This document shows positions 1 through 9,588 of a stretch of DNA of 64,000 nucleotides, piece after piece. The stretch comes from an uncultured Bacteroidota bacterium (GTDB taxonomy: Bacteria; Bacteroidota; Ignavibacteria; UBA10030; UBA8401). Positions within the stretch are counted from its first letter, which is position 1, and each line of letters begins with the position of its first letter. Below the pieces are notes generated by a model. It was given only the letters and a program-made list of their open reading frames with translations, was not told the origin of the DNA and made no database searches. The DNA is taken from the NCBI GenBank assembly GCA_963717445.1, contig OY970334.1, positions 965,798 to 1,029,797 on the forward strand, read 5' to 3'. The translations under genes were made by a program, and so were the position numbers.

Positions 1-1140
1 ATTTCCGCTGCGATTTTAAACCCGATATGAATCAATTGCCGGAACGACGTGCTGTAGCGTGCGCACGATTGATCATGTTTCAGCGCCAGAACAAAATCGG
101 CACTCCCCCATTTGTTGACCTCGGCGGGAGATGGAAGCAGTTCTTTTCGAATATCAATCACCGTGAGATATGGTTTTGCCAGCTCCTCAAAGCGAAGATA
201 CGACTGAGCGTAAACCTCTTTCGCGATATTGAGGCCTTCACCACCGGACTTTGCAAGACCGATAACCTCTTCGAGCCACGTCGTCCCCGCAGTTTTCAAG
301 TGAATTCCGGCATCAAGTTTTTTAATCGTTTTGTTGATCACGGGGTAGATGGAGAATTTGTCGCTTCCCGAATGGATACTGATCTTGAGCGTCTCGGGCA
401 GCCCGAATTCTGTGACAGCGTGAGCGATGACCGCGACATCCTGTTCAAATTCTACGGCAAATTGTGCGACATTGCCGATGTAATCGACCCCTTTAAGAAA
501 TTGTCCCGTAAATTTCGGAGCGACGGTCTGCAAGGGTACCTCTTCTTTTGAGAGCGCGGCAAGGATAAAGAACAACTCGACCGGAGTCTGCGGAGTGTTT
601 GTTTCATCGGTCGATACTTCTGTGATGAAATTTTCTTTTCCCTTTCGGGAAGCGATATAGCGGTAGATATTCCCCGCTTCCTTCACGGCAGAGAGATATT
701 TCTTTCCCACGGACACAATGTTTTCTGTGGTTACGTCAATTCCATTTTTGAGGCCCGGGATTTTAAGTGTGCCGATAAATCTCCGGCAGTACTTTGTGAA
801 CTCGGCAAGATCCCCGGGATCGGGTTCATGTCCGATAAAATCGGCCACGTCCAGTGTGAAGTAATTACTGGGTGTGATGAACAGATCCACGGTGTTAATG
901 CCGATGTGGTCGGCGTCAACGTAATACGGCGACTTCCAACCCAACTTTTTCACTGCATGGTCAGCCTCCAAACGAGTGTTCTGGGGTTGCGTTCCAATGA
1001 GAGTATGTTCTCGATTGGACTTGTTCCAAACGGGGACAACATCCACTCCATGTTCGCGTGCCTTGACAAACGCAGAAAGTTGTGCTACACCCTGATGTCC
1101 GAAACGATCACCAATTCCGATCGAGTATTTTTCAATTTTC
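1..1140 (-). CDS. uxaE: Tagaturonate/fructuronate epimerase UxaE-like (5' part only; the gene runs off the window start)
   Basis: My own reverse-strand translation from ATG at 1140 gives MKIEKYSIGIGDRFGHQG...KISIHSGSDKFSIYP...LKTAGTTWLEEV...FRQLIHIG. These blocks match motifs I recall from Thermotoga UxaE (SLHSGSDKFSVYP, KTAGTSYLEAV, RQLIHV). It is not in the ORF track because there is no stop codon inside the window. The plus-strand ORFs 27..551 and 828..1145 are antisense to it. Confidence 0.5.
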
Positions 1141-1239
1141 ATTAACTTGCGTCCTTTTGTTTAATACATGGTCCTAACGTCTTCTATTTTTCACTCTCAG
1201 CTTGTCAAATGAGCTGTCATGCATTCGCGGGAATATCGC

Positions 1240-2325
1240 TCACCGCTTGATTCTCGCACTCCCTCCGCCCATGACATGCTTGATCTCTTCCATTGTCACC
1301 ATACTTGTATCTCCCCGTGTGCTCTGCAATAGCGCGCCATGTGCTGCGCCCATTTCAACGCATTCATGCGGCGGCATTCCATGAAGGAAACCATAAACAA
1401 ACCCGCTGCAGAAACCATCGCCGCCGCCGACCCGGTCCTCTATTTCGAGATGGGAAAACTTGCGCGATTCGTGGAATGCTCCGTCGTAATACATGATTGC
1501 GGACCAATTGTTGACGAGGCCGCTCACCACTTCACGGAGCGTCGTCCCGACAGCCTGGACGTTTGGAAATGTCTCGACCACTCTTTTTACCATCTTCTTA
1601 TAGCCTTCGACGGGAAGGGATTTTAAATGTTCGTCGGTCCCCTCAACGTTAAAACCGAGCACTTTTTGGAAATCCTCTTCATTGCCGATGAGTACGTCGA
1701 TGAACGGCACGAGCTTTTTTGTCTCTTCGATTGCTTTCTTGCTTGACCAAAGCTTGCTGCGGAAATTCAGATCGTAACTCACAACCGTCCCGGCTTCGTG
1801 TGCCGCTTTCATTGCCTCGCACGCAACTTCCGCACAACTGTCGCTCAGTGCAGTGAAGATTCCGCCGGTATGAAACCAACGCGCTTTTCGACTACTGAAA
1901 ATCCGTTTCCAATCAACGTCAGAAGGCTTCATGTGTGCGACAGCCGTATGGCCGCGGTCGTACATCGTTACGCTGGCGCGCACACCTATGCCAACCTCAG
2001 TAAAATTCAACCCGATCCGATCTGTACGCCCGGATCCGTCATAAGGGACCCAGACGACTTCGCTTACATCCATACCGCTTGCACGAGCGTGGTTCTTGAT
2101 AAAGGCACCCAGAGGATTATCGACGAGGCGGGAGATCCATCCCGTTCTCATTCCATATCGGGCAAGAGCGTACGCAACATTATATTCCCCGCCGCCGGCA
2201 TACGCCTCGAACACCGGCGTCAGCTCTATGCGCTGGTGACCGGGAGGGCTTAAACGAATCATGCACTCGCCGAGGGAGAGAAGGTCGAATTCTGTTTCCG
2301 ATGCTGAATGAATTTGCAATGCCAT
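1240..2325 (-). CDS. kdgK: 2-dehydro-3-deoxygluconokinase (PfkB family sugar kinase)
   Basis: PfkB/ribokinase-like sequence, including GGGDGFCSGFVYG and GAAHGAL near the C-terminus. An internal ATG (MALQIHSASE) was verified at 2323-2325; the track ORF is over-extended upstream. Confidence 0.75.
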   Translation of the reverse strand: MALQIHSASETEFDLLSLGECMIRLSPPGHQRIELTPVFEAYAGGGEYNVAYALARYGMRTGWISRLVDNPLGAFIKNHARASGMDVSEVVWVPYDGSGRTDRIGLNFTEVGIGVRASVTMYDRGHTAVAHMKPSDVDWKRIFSSRKARWFHTGGIFTALSDSCAEVACEAMKAAHEAGTVVSYDLNFRSKLWSSKKAIEETKKLVPFIDVLIGNEEDFQKVLGFNVEGTDEHLKSLPVEGYKKMVKRVVETFPNVQAVGTTLREVVSGLVNNWSAIMYYDGAFHESRKFSHLEIEDRVGGGDGFCSGFVYGFLHGMPPHECVEMGAAHGALLQSTRGDTSMVTMEEIKHVMGGGSARIKR

Positions 2326-2506
2326 TGTGTTATCCAAGATTATAAATGTGAAACAGGTGAAAAATCGCCTCTCGCCAAGTCGCCGGCGAAGCCGACCCTT
2401 CGGGAAAAAGCTCAAGAACTATTTTTTGAATCATTTTGCGATTTTGGGTGATCCATACTTTTGGAATTATCCGGAAACCTCGATATTTGATTCGCCGGCA
2501 CCTGCA

Positions 2507-3784
2507 TCATTTCAATCGATAGAGGAGTTGACCGGCGTTTTCGACGACCAGCAGGCCGCCGTTTTGTCTTGCTTTCCATTCGGGAACGTTGATCGAGCGG
2601 TAATCAGCGTAACCGAGGTTGACGGCTCGGCAAACTTCTTCGGGGATCGAAGTTGCAAGCGTAACGTTGATGCGTGGTAATTCCACCCCATTCTCGAAGG
2701 TACCGATACCCCGCACGTTCGTCGAATGAGCAAGGATGAGTTTCGAGGTTCCCGAAAACCGGTCCCACTGTCGAACGAAGTAGTCGCGGATATGATACCC
2801 GACTTTGCGAATTTCCTTGCCGTGCACGTGAGAAATTTCTTTGATATGAGGGGCGTAGATGATCACTTCTCCGCCGTCAGCAATGATCGGCTCGTGCTTG
2901 TACATTACTTTCCCGGCCACCCAAATGTCGTCATATATCGTTGGCGCAAGACCGAGGACCGTGTTATAAGCATGGTCGACATATCTGATATGAACTTTCG
3001 AAGAACAATCTGCCGCTTTCCCCCAAGCCTCTTCGGGCGAGCCGATAAAGAGGGACGTCACAGCGTGATCATCGACGACGAAAGCAAAACATATCCGAGG
3101 CACGGAAATCATTGAGGCAGATTTATCGATGACCCGCCGGACAGGAGTATCTTTCACGCCGTTGACAACCGGGTTTGTGATGAGAGCTCCGATCCAATGG
3201 AATGTTTGGATAATCTCTTCGCCACCGATTCCCGGGAAAAAATATTTGTTCCCTCCGGCGAAGCCGACCGTCTCATGTGGAACAACCGGACTAATGAGAA
3301 TGATCTGATCGTAATCAAAAATGCGTTTGTTGATGGTGATATCCACTGCGTCGGTGAACAATCCCTCGGAGAGCCCGGACATCTCCGAAGCCGAGATTCT
3401 CCCGATCGTCCTGAGCTGTGCCGGATCGTTGTGTGAATGATTGAAGAATTTTGTCTTTGTGTGTATGGATTTATATTCTTCAGCGGTGATCCCTACAAGG
3501 CGGAGAATAATCTCCATCTCCAGCGGACGATGTGTGCCGGTTGCTATGAGATAATCGAGGGCACTCACTTTGGGTTCGAGGATATGTCCAAGCGTTTTAA
3601 AAAATACGGGAAGTTCCGCATGCCGGGTGGTGTCCGGTATGATAACTAAGATACGCCGTCCGTTCAATTGAAGTGATGAGAGTGCTCGCTCACTGAGGCT
3701 GTAGATTTCTTCTTCCATTTTCTGACGCGGGATAGCTTCGTTCCCGATGATCATCATTCCGCTACACCTTTCCGATTTCAACAC
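2507..3784 (-). CDS. LarA-like (DUF2088) nickel-pincer-nucleotide-dependent 2-hydroxyacid racemase/epimerase homolog
   Basis: A ~415 aa protein with ATGTHRP, PHETVGFAGGNKYFFPGIGG and QTFHW blocks. Their spacing fits the LarA catalytic His / NPN-binding Lys / His arrangement. The true start may be the internal MMIIG (~3757). The track start overlaps the upstream dehydrogenase by 23 nt. Confidence 0.6.
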   Translation of the reverse strand: MLKSERCSGMMIIGNEAIPRQKMEEEIYSLSERALSSLQLNGRRILVIIPDTTRHAELPVFFKTLGHILEPKVSALDYLIATGTHRPLEMEIILRLVGITAEEYKSIHTKTKFFNHSHNDPAQLRTIGRISASEMSGLSEGLFTDAVDITINKRIFDYDQIILISPVVPHETVGFAGGNKYFFPGIGGEEIIQTFHWIGALITNPVVNGVKDTPVRRVIDKSASMISVPRICFAFVVDDHAVTSLFIGSPEEAWGKAADCSSKVHIRYVDHAYNTVLGLAPTIYDDIWVAGKVMYKHEPIIADGGEVIIYAPHIKEISHVHGKEIRKVGYHIRDYFVRQWDRFSGTSKLILAHSTNVRGIGTFENGVELPRINVTLATSIPEEVCRAVNLGYADYRSINVPEWKARQNGGLLVVENAGQLLYRLK

Positions 3785-4919
3785 GGAAACCGATTGTCCT
3801 GAGCGGCTGCTGGAGGGCCGTTAACGAAGAGGGCAATGTAACAACTGTGTTAAAAAATTCGCGCCTCATGCGGTATTCGGCCCGCAAGCCTGCAAAAAAC
3901 GATCGGCGTTCATCAGGCAACACATTCGCAATCAGACGCAATGCGCGGTCATCGCACTCAATATCATAGCATTGGCTCACAATTTTTCTTAACACTTCTT
4001 CATGGGATTCGGTGCCTTGCGGCACAATAACATGTTCAACCGCCGGTTTGGGCAGCGAATTCCCCTGCGTCCACGTTTCCGGCTGGCCGAAGAATTTGCA
4101 TGCGACCGAGTACATCATTTTCACCGCAGCAAGTTTTCCGTCGAATGAATATCCTGCGATATGTGAAGTGGCAATATCAACTTTCTCCATAAGATCGATA
4201 TCAATCAGCGGCTCCCCTTCCCACACATCAAGGAGCGCGCCTCCGAGGTGTTTGCATTCAATCGCTTCTTTCAGCGCCTCTCCATCTACAACGGCACCAC
4301 GTGCCGTATTAAACAGGATTGCTCCTTTTTTCATTTTATTGATACGTGTGCCGTCAAAGAGATGAAACGTTGGATCGCTCCCCGACTTTGTGAAAGGGAC
4401 ATGAAGAGTGATGAAATCCGCTTCCATCAATTTGTCCAGAGGTGCGTAGGAAGGATCCGCCGTCACGCGGGCAAGAGGAGGATCGTTCTGCAGCACATTC
4501 ATTCCCAACGCCCTCGCATTCCTGACGATCTTGCTTCCCACATTTCCAACACCAACCACGCCGAGAGCTTTCCCGGAGAGGGTGAACCCCTTCCGTTTTG
4601 CCAGCGTAAGAACTGCCGACGTGAAATACTCTGCAACTGAATTTGCATTCGAACCGGGCGCACTCGCAAAACCGATTCCCCGCAATCGGAGATATTCAAG
4701 ATCAACATGGTCCGTGCCGATCGTAGCCGTCCCGACAAATTTGACCTTGCTCCCATCGAGCAAATCTTTTGTCACCTTCGTTTCCGAACGAATAATGATC
4801 ATGTCGGCGTCGCGGAGAGTCTCCTTCGTAATTTCCTTAGTCCCTAATGCTTGAACTTCGCCGAATTGACGAAATGCTTCCCCAACGAGCGGGTTATTTT
4901 TATCTACGACTACGCGCAT
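3762..4919 (-). CDS. PdxB-family D-isomer-specific 2-hydroxyacid dehydrogenase (erythronate-4-phosphate dehydrogenase-like, with C-terminal dimerisation domain)
   Basis: Strong blocks in common with E. coli PdxB: KFVGTATIGTDHVD, GVVGVGNVG, LDVWEGEP, VDIATSHIAGYSFDGK. ATG (MRVVVDKNN) verified at 4917-4919. Confidence 0.7.
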   Translation of the reverse strand: MRVVVDKNNPLVGEAFRQFGEVQALGTKEITKETLRDADMIIIRSETKVTKDLLDGSKVKFVGTATIGTDHVDLEYLRLRGIGFASAPGSNANSVAEYFTSAVLTLAKRKGFTLSGKALGVVGVGNVGSKIVRNARALGMNVLQNDPPLARVTADPSYAPLDKLMEADFITLHVPFTKSGSDPTFHLFDGTRINKMKKGAILFNTARGAVVDGEALKEAIECKHLGGALLDVWEGEPLIDIDLMEKVDIATSHIAGYSFDGKLAAVKMMYSVACKFFGQPETWTQGNSLPKPAVEHVIVPQGTESHEEVLRKIVSQCYDIECDDRALRLIANVLPDERRSFFAGLRAEYRMRREFFNTVVTLPSSLTALQQPLRTIGFRVEIGKV

Positions 4920-4984
4920 GATACCTTCCAACTTACGACTTCTTACTGCATACCAACTACCCAACAACCGCTACGCAAAAAAGG

Positions 4985-5767
4985 TTAAATCGTCATACTT
5001 GTGAATCCGCCGTCGACCGGGACGACTGCGCCTGTAACAAATGAGGAGGCCTTTTCGGAGGCCAGCCAAAGAAGCGCACCCGACAATTCGTTGGGTTCTC
5101 CATATCTTGCCATCGGAGTATGGGAGAAAATCGATTTGCGCCGTTCTTCGGTCAGTATTTTGCGATTCTGTTCAGCGGGGAAAAAGCCGGGCATAATGGC
5201 ATTAACGCGAATCTTATGTTGTGCCCACTCCTTTGCTAGAAAACGGGTCATGTTGTTTACGCCCGCTTTCGAGATAGAATATGTGAAAACCCGGGATAAC
5301 GGCGGTCCCGAAGAAACCGACGAGATATTAATGATGCTCCCTCCGCTTTTCTGTTCGATCATTTGTTTGGCAAAAACACGGCACGAGAGAAAAACTCCCT
5401 TTAAGTTCGTGTCGAGAATGTTATTCCATTCTTCATCGGAGATATCAAAAACTGGGGTAGGTGAATTGACACCGGGTGCGTTGACAACGATATCAATTTT
5501 TCCCCAGAGGGAAACGATTGCATTCTTGCCTTTTTCAACGCCCGCTTCCGATGCGGTATCAACTTGGACAGCTTTTGCCGTCCCGCCCGCCTGCTCGATA
5601 GCCCGAACCACTTTCTCCGCACCGGCTGCGTTGTTATGGTAGCCGACTGCCACTTTCGAGGAAGCCTGTCCCAACGCTTGTGCCATGCTGCCTCCCAGAA
5701 CTCCGCTCCCCCCGATAACAACCGCAACCTTCCCCTCAAGGCTGAATAAATTATCTACATACGACAT
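4985..5767 (-). CDS. kduD: SDR oxidoreductase, KduD / gluconate-5-dehydrogenase-like
   Basis: FSLEGKVAVVIGGSG, NAPG, IINISS, YSISKAG, WAQHKIRVNAIMPG and VVPVDGG are collinear with E. coli KduD. The Rossmann TGxxxGxG and YxxxK motifs are present. Confidence 0.6.
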   Translation of the reverse strand: MSYVDNLFSLEGKVAVVIGGSGVLGGSMAQALGQASSKVAVGYHNNAAGAEKVVRAIEQAGGTAKAVQVDTASEAGVEKGKNAIVSLWGKIDIVVNAPGVNSPTPVFDISDEEWNNILDTNLKGVFLSCRVFAKQMIEQKSGGSIINISSVSSGPPLSRVFTYSISKAGVNNMTRFLAKEWAQHKIRVNAIMPGFFPAEQNRKILTEERRKSIFSHTPMARYGEPNELSGALLWLASEKASSFVTGAVVPVDGGFTSMTI

Positions 5768-5817
5768 ATGTTACTCTTTGAATATTGTGTTTATGTTTTT
5801 TTCGCCGTCCAATGAGC

Positions 5818-7089
5818 TCAAAGTTTAACCGGCTTGACGTTGGCGGTCAGTAGCGACATCAAGCCGAGGGCCAGCAAATACGCAGAGCCGCAAATGATAA
5901 AGAGTATCATATAGCTGCCTGTCGCTTGAACGATGTATCCAGCAGCCGTCAAGAAAATCATACCTCCCACAGAGCCGGCAAATGCGCCGAGTCCCACAAC
6001 TGAACCTACCACTTTTTTGGGGAACATATCTGACGCCGTTGTGAATATATTCGCCGACCATCCCTGGTGTGCGGCTGTCGCCAAACCAATGATCCCGACC
6101 GCCAGCCACATATTGGAAACGTTAGCGGCAACAACAACCGGGACAACGAGGAGCGCAAAAATCAACATGGTCACTCTTCGCGCTCTATTGACTGCCATTC
6201 CACGCTTGATCATTGCTCCGGAAAGATATCCACCGCCGATACTCCCTATACTTGTCATCGTATAAATAACAATGAGCGGCAAACCAATCCCGGAAAGCGT
6301 GATGCCGAAGTTGTTATTTAAATACAACCCCAACCAATAGAGATAGAACCACCACACCGGGTCGGTAAGAAACTTGCCGACCACGAATGCCCATGTCTGG
6401 CGATACTTGAGAAGCCGTAACCAAGGAACTTTCTCAGACGGTGAATCCGGTGGATCGCTGAGGATGTACGCCATCTCTTCTTGCGAAACTCTTTTCGCCG
6501 CTTCAGGCTTTTCATAAAATATGATCCACAAAACAAGCCAGACGAAACCGGTCGCACCGGTTGCAATAAATGCCGACTGCCAGCCGTACGTCACCGTCAA
6601 CCAGGGAACCACGGCAGGAGCCACAACCGCGCCGATGTTCGCCCCCGAATTAAAAATTCCGGTGGCCAGTGCCCGTTCTTTTTTCGGAAACCATTCTGCG
6701 GTCGCTTTGATCGCAGAAGGAAAATTCCCCGACTCACTCAGGCCGAGAAAAAAGCGAGCGACGCCAAAACCGAACACCGTGCTCGCGAGGGCATGTGCCA
6801 TTGCGGCAATGCTCCAGCCAGTGATCGAAATTGCATAGCCTATCTTTGTACCATATTTATCGACAAACCATCCGAAGACCCCAAGACCGATGGCATAGGC
6901 AGCTTGAAAGGCTGTTCCGATGTAGCCATACTCAATGGAACTCCAGCCGATTTCCTTTTGCAGTGTCGGCGCAAGGATACCGAGGATATTTCTGTCGAGA
7001 TAATTGATCGTCGTTGCAAAAAAAAGTAAACCGCATATCGTCCATCGATGTCGGCCGATATTCTGATTTACTTCTAATGTTCCGGTCAT
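5818..7089 (-). CDS. exuT: MFS transporter, hexuronate (ExuT)-like
   Basis: A 12-TM hydrophobic profile. The N-terminal RWTICGLLFFATTINYLDRNILGILAP block is typical of the ExuT/anion:cation symporter family. Location is inside the uronate operon. Confidence 0.65.
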   Translation of the reverse strand: MTGTLEVNQNIGRHRWTICGLLFFATTINYLDRNILGILAPTLQKEIGWSSIEYGYIGTAFQAAYAIGLGVFGWFVDKYGTKIGYAISITGWSIAAMAHALASTVFGFGVARFFLGLSESGNFPSAIKATAEWFPKKERALATGIFNSGANIGAVVAPAVVPWLTVTYGWQSAFIATGATGFVWLVLWIIFYEKPEAAKRVSQEEMAYILSDPPDSPSEKVPWLRLLKYRQTWAFVVGKFLTDPVWWFYLYWLGLYLNNNFGITLSGIGLPLIVIYTMTSIGSIGGGYLSGAMIKRGMAVNRARRVTMLIFALLVVPVVVAANVSNMWLAVGIIGLATAAHQGWSANIFTTASDMFPKKVVGSVVGLGAFAGSVGGMIFLTAAGYIVQATGSYMILFIICGSAYLLALGLMSLLTANVKPVKL

Positions 7090-7156
7090 GCGCGTTCTTC
7101 ATTTCCAGGGTGAAAGACATCTTCCACGAAGCTATCGGTCTATTATTCCTTCGGTC

Positions 7157-7990
7157 TTACAAAAGCTCTCTCATCGGCACGGCGTCCATATCCGAAAATT
7201 CCTGATTTTCTCCTCCCATCGCCCAGATGAACGAGTAGTTCCTTGTTCCCGCCGCTGAATGGATCGACCATGGGGGAGAAATGACGGCTTGTTGATTTCT
7301 CATAATCAGCGCCCTCGTTTCGTTCGGTTTGCCCATCAAGTGGACAACAAAAGACTCCTCATCAAGCCCAAAATAGAGGTAGACTTCCATCCTGCGCTGG
7401 TGCGTATGGCTCGGCATTGTATTCCATACGGAACCGTCGTTCAATGCTGTCAAGCCCATGACCAACTGGCTGCTTTTGATACCTTCGGGGTGGACGTATT
7501 TCGTTATCGTTCTGGCATTGGCATTATGGGACGATCCGAGGGGCGATTTCGTTGAGTCGTTGAAGCGTGCGTGGGCGACGGGATAGGCCGCATGCGAGGG
7601 GTACGAGACGAAATAAAACAATGACGGCTTATTCGGGTCGGCACTCGCGCATTCGATCTCCCGAACCCCTCTCCCGACATACAGCAGGTCTCTAAATGCC
7701 ATCGCGTAAGCTGTGCCGTCCACATATAATTTCCCATCCCCTCCGATATTGATGATGCCGACTTCGCGTCTCTCAGCAAAGAAATCCGCAGCCATCTCTT
7801 TCTTCGATGATTCCAATTTCAACCTCGTCGCCAACGGGACGGCAGATCCGACGATCACACGATCGACGTCCGAGTAGATCATCGTTACAACATTCGGCGC
7901 AAATAAGTTATCGATAACAAAGGACCGTCTAAGCTCAGCCGTTGTCATCCGTTGATACGCTTCATCGTTCGGTGCAAATCGTACTTCCAT
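7157..7990 (-). CDS. kduI: 5-dehydro-4-deoxy-D-glucuronate isomerase
   Basis: Collinear with E. coli KduI: NVVTMIYSDVDRVIVG, RREVGIINIGG, NTMPSHTHQRRMEVYLYF, AVISPPWSIHSAAGT, IWAMGGENQ. Confidence 0.85.
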   Translation of the reverse strand: MEVRFAPNDEAYQRMTTAELRRSFVIDNLFAPNVVTMIYSDVDRVIVGSAVPLATRLKLESSKKEMAADFFAERREVGIINIGGDGKLYVDGTAYAMAFRDLLYVGRGVREIECASADPNKPSLFYFVSYPSHAAYPVAHARFNDSTKSPLGSSHNANARTITKYVHPEGIKSSQLVMGLTALNDGSVWNTMPSHTHQRRMEVYLYFGLDEESFVVHLMGKPNETRALIMRNQQAVISPPWSIHSAAGTRNYSFIWAMGGENQEFSDMDAVPMRELL

Positions 7991-8135
7991 AATTATTCCA
8001 TATCATCTTTCAAGCGACCGCGATGGTTCCATCGTTCCGCCAAACAAACACTTAAGATACAAAAAATCACACTTTTTTGCTCTGTTACTCGCATCATAGA
8101 TATCGAACACAGTTTCCTTCCACAACATTATCCGA

Positions 8136-9545
8136 TCACGTAAATTCAAAATATTTTTTCGCATTGTTGTAACAGATGTCCTTCACAAACGCGCCGACAA
8201 GCCCGACATCGTCCGGGATAATTCCTTCGTCCATCTCCCGGCCAAGGATGTCGCATACCAGACGCCGGAAATACTCGTGCCTGGGATATGAGAGAAAACT
8301 GCGTGAGTCCGTGATCATCCCGACGAACTGGCTGAGTAATCCCATGTTGGAGAGGGCTTCGATTTGCCTTGTTATGCCATCTTTCTGATCGAGGAACCAC
8401 CATGCCGCGCCATATTGCATTTTACCCGGAACGGAACCGTCCTGGAAATTCCCGATCATGGTGGCGTACACTTCGTTATCGCGGGGGTTGACATTATAGA
8501 GGATGGTCTTTGCGAGCTTGCTTTCTTTATCGAGGCGGTCTAGGAGCTTTGCCATCGGCCGGGCGATTGGTTCGTCGCCAATTGAATCGAATCCCGTGTC
8601 GCGACCGAGTGTTCGCATCATTCGCGTATTGGTATTTCTCAATGCGCCGACGTGATATTGCTGAACCCATTTGTATTCACAATTTATGACTCCCAATTCA
8701 TACAGCATGGCCGACTTAAACGCTGCAACCTCGGCTGAATTCAGCGTTTTCTTCTGGAGCAATTTCTTGAAGATTGTTTTGATCTGAGCATCAGTATAGT
8801 CTTCCGCATATATCGTCTCCATACCATGGTCGGACGTTCTGCATCCATGGCGTGCGAAATAATCGAACCGTGAACGAAGGGCATCGAGAAATCGATCAAA
8901 CGATGTAATGTCGAGGTTTGCAGCGCGCGAAAGAGATTTCACATACCCGGCAAATGCCTTGCTGTCTTCAACCGCGAAAGCTTTATCCGGGCGAAATGCG
9001 GGGAACATCCGAGTGCTACCGGAGATTTTCGAATACTGTTCGTGATATTCGAGGGAGTCAATGGGATCATCGGTGGTGCACACCACTTCCACATTCATCT
9101 GTTTTAAAATCCCTTGTGCAAAGAATTGAGGCGTTGCAAGTTTTCGATTGCACTCATCCCAAATGCTCTTCGCGGTCATTGCGTCGAGCAAGCGATCGGA
9201 GATCCCGAACGGGCGCTTCAATTCCATGTGCGTCCAGTGGTAGAGGGGATTCCTGAGCGTCTTGGGAACGGTTTCAGCCCACTTTTGAAACTTGTCCCAA
9301 TCACCTGCGTCTCCTGTTACGAAGCGCTCGTTGACGCCGCTCGCCCTCATTGCGCGCCACTTGTAGTGGTCTCCGTTCAACCAGACTTGTGTCAAGTTCT
9401 CAAACTGCCTATTCTCGGCGATTTCTTTTGGAGAGAGATGACAATGATAATCGATAATCGGCATTGTTTCGGCGTAGTCGTGGTACAGCGTTTCTGCCCT
9501 TTTTGTCTTTAGAAGAAAATTTCTATGAACGAATTCTTTTTTCAT
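8136..9545 (-). CDS. uxaC: Glucuronate isomerase
   Basis: 469 aa. The N-terminal IIDYHCHLSPKEIAENRQFENLTQVWLNGDHYKWRAMRASGV block is the UxaC signature. Confidence 0.85.
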   Translation of the reverse strand: MKKEFVHRNFLLKTKRAETLYHDYAETMPIIDYHCHLSPKEIAENRQFENLTQVWLNGDHYKWRAMRASGVNERFVTGDAGDWDKFQKWAETVPKTLRNPLYHWTHMELKRPFGISDRLLDAMTAKSIWDECNRKLATPQFFAQGILKQMNVEVVCTTDDPIDSLEYHEQYSKISGSTRMFPAFRPDKAFAVEDSKAFAGYVKSLSRAANLDITSFDRFLDALRSRFDYFARHGCRTSDHGMETIYAEDYTDAQIKTIFKKLLQKKTLNSAEVAAFKSAMLYELGVINCEYKWVQQYHVGALRNTNTRMMRTLGRDTGFDSIGDEPIARPMAKLLDRLDKESKLAKTILYNVNPRDNEVYATMIGNFQDGSVPGKMQYGAAWWFLDQKDGITRQIEALSNMGLLSQFVGMITDSRSFLSYPRHEYFRRLVCDILGREMDEGIIPDDVGLVGAFVKDICYNNAKKYFEFT

Positions 9546-9588
9546 CGTAATGTCTTTCCATTTTGCCGCCCTGTATGACGGGGCAGAC

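Noticed and set aside
27-1145. Plus-strand ORFs 27..551 (174 aa) and 828..1145 (105 aa)
   Set aside because: They are antisense to a minus-strand gene with clear UxaE-like homology. Their proteins are low-complexity with no motifs. They are ORF-finder artefacts.
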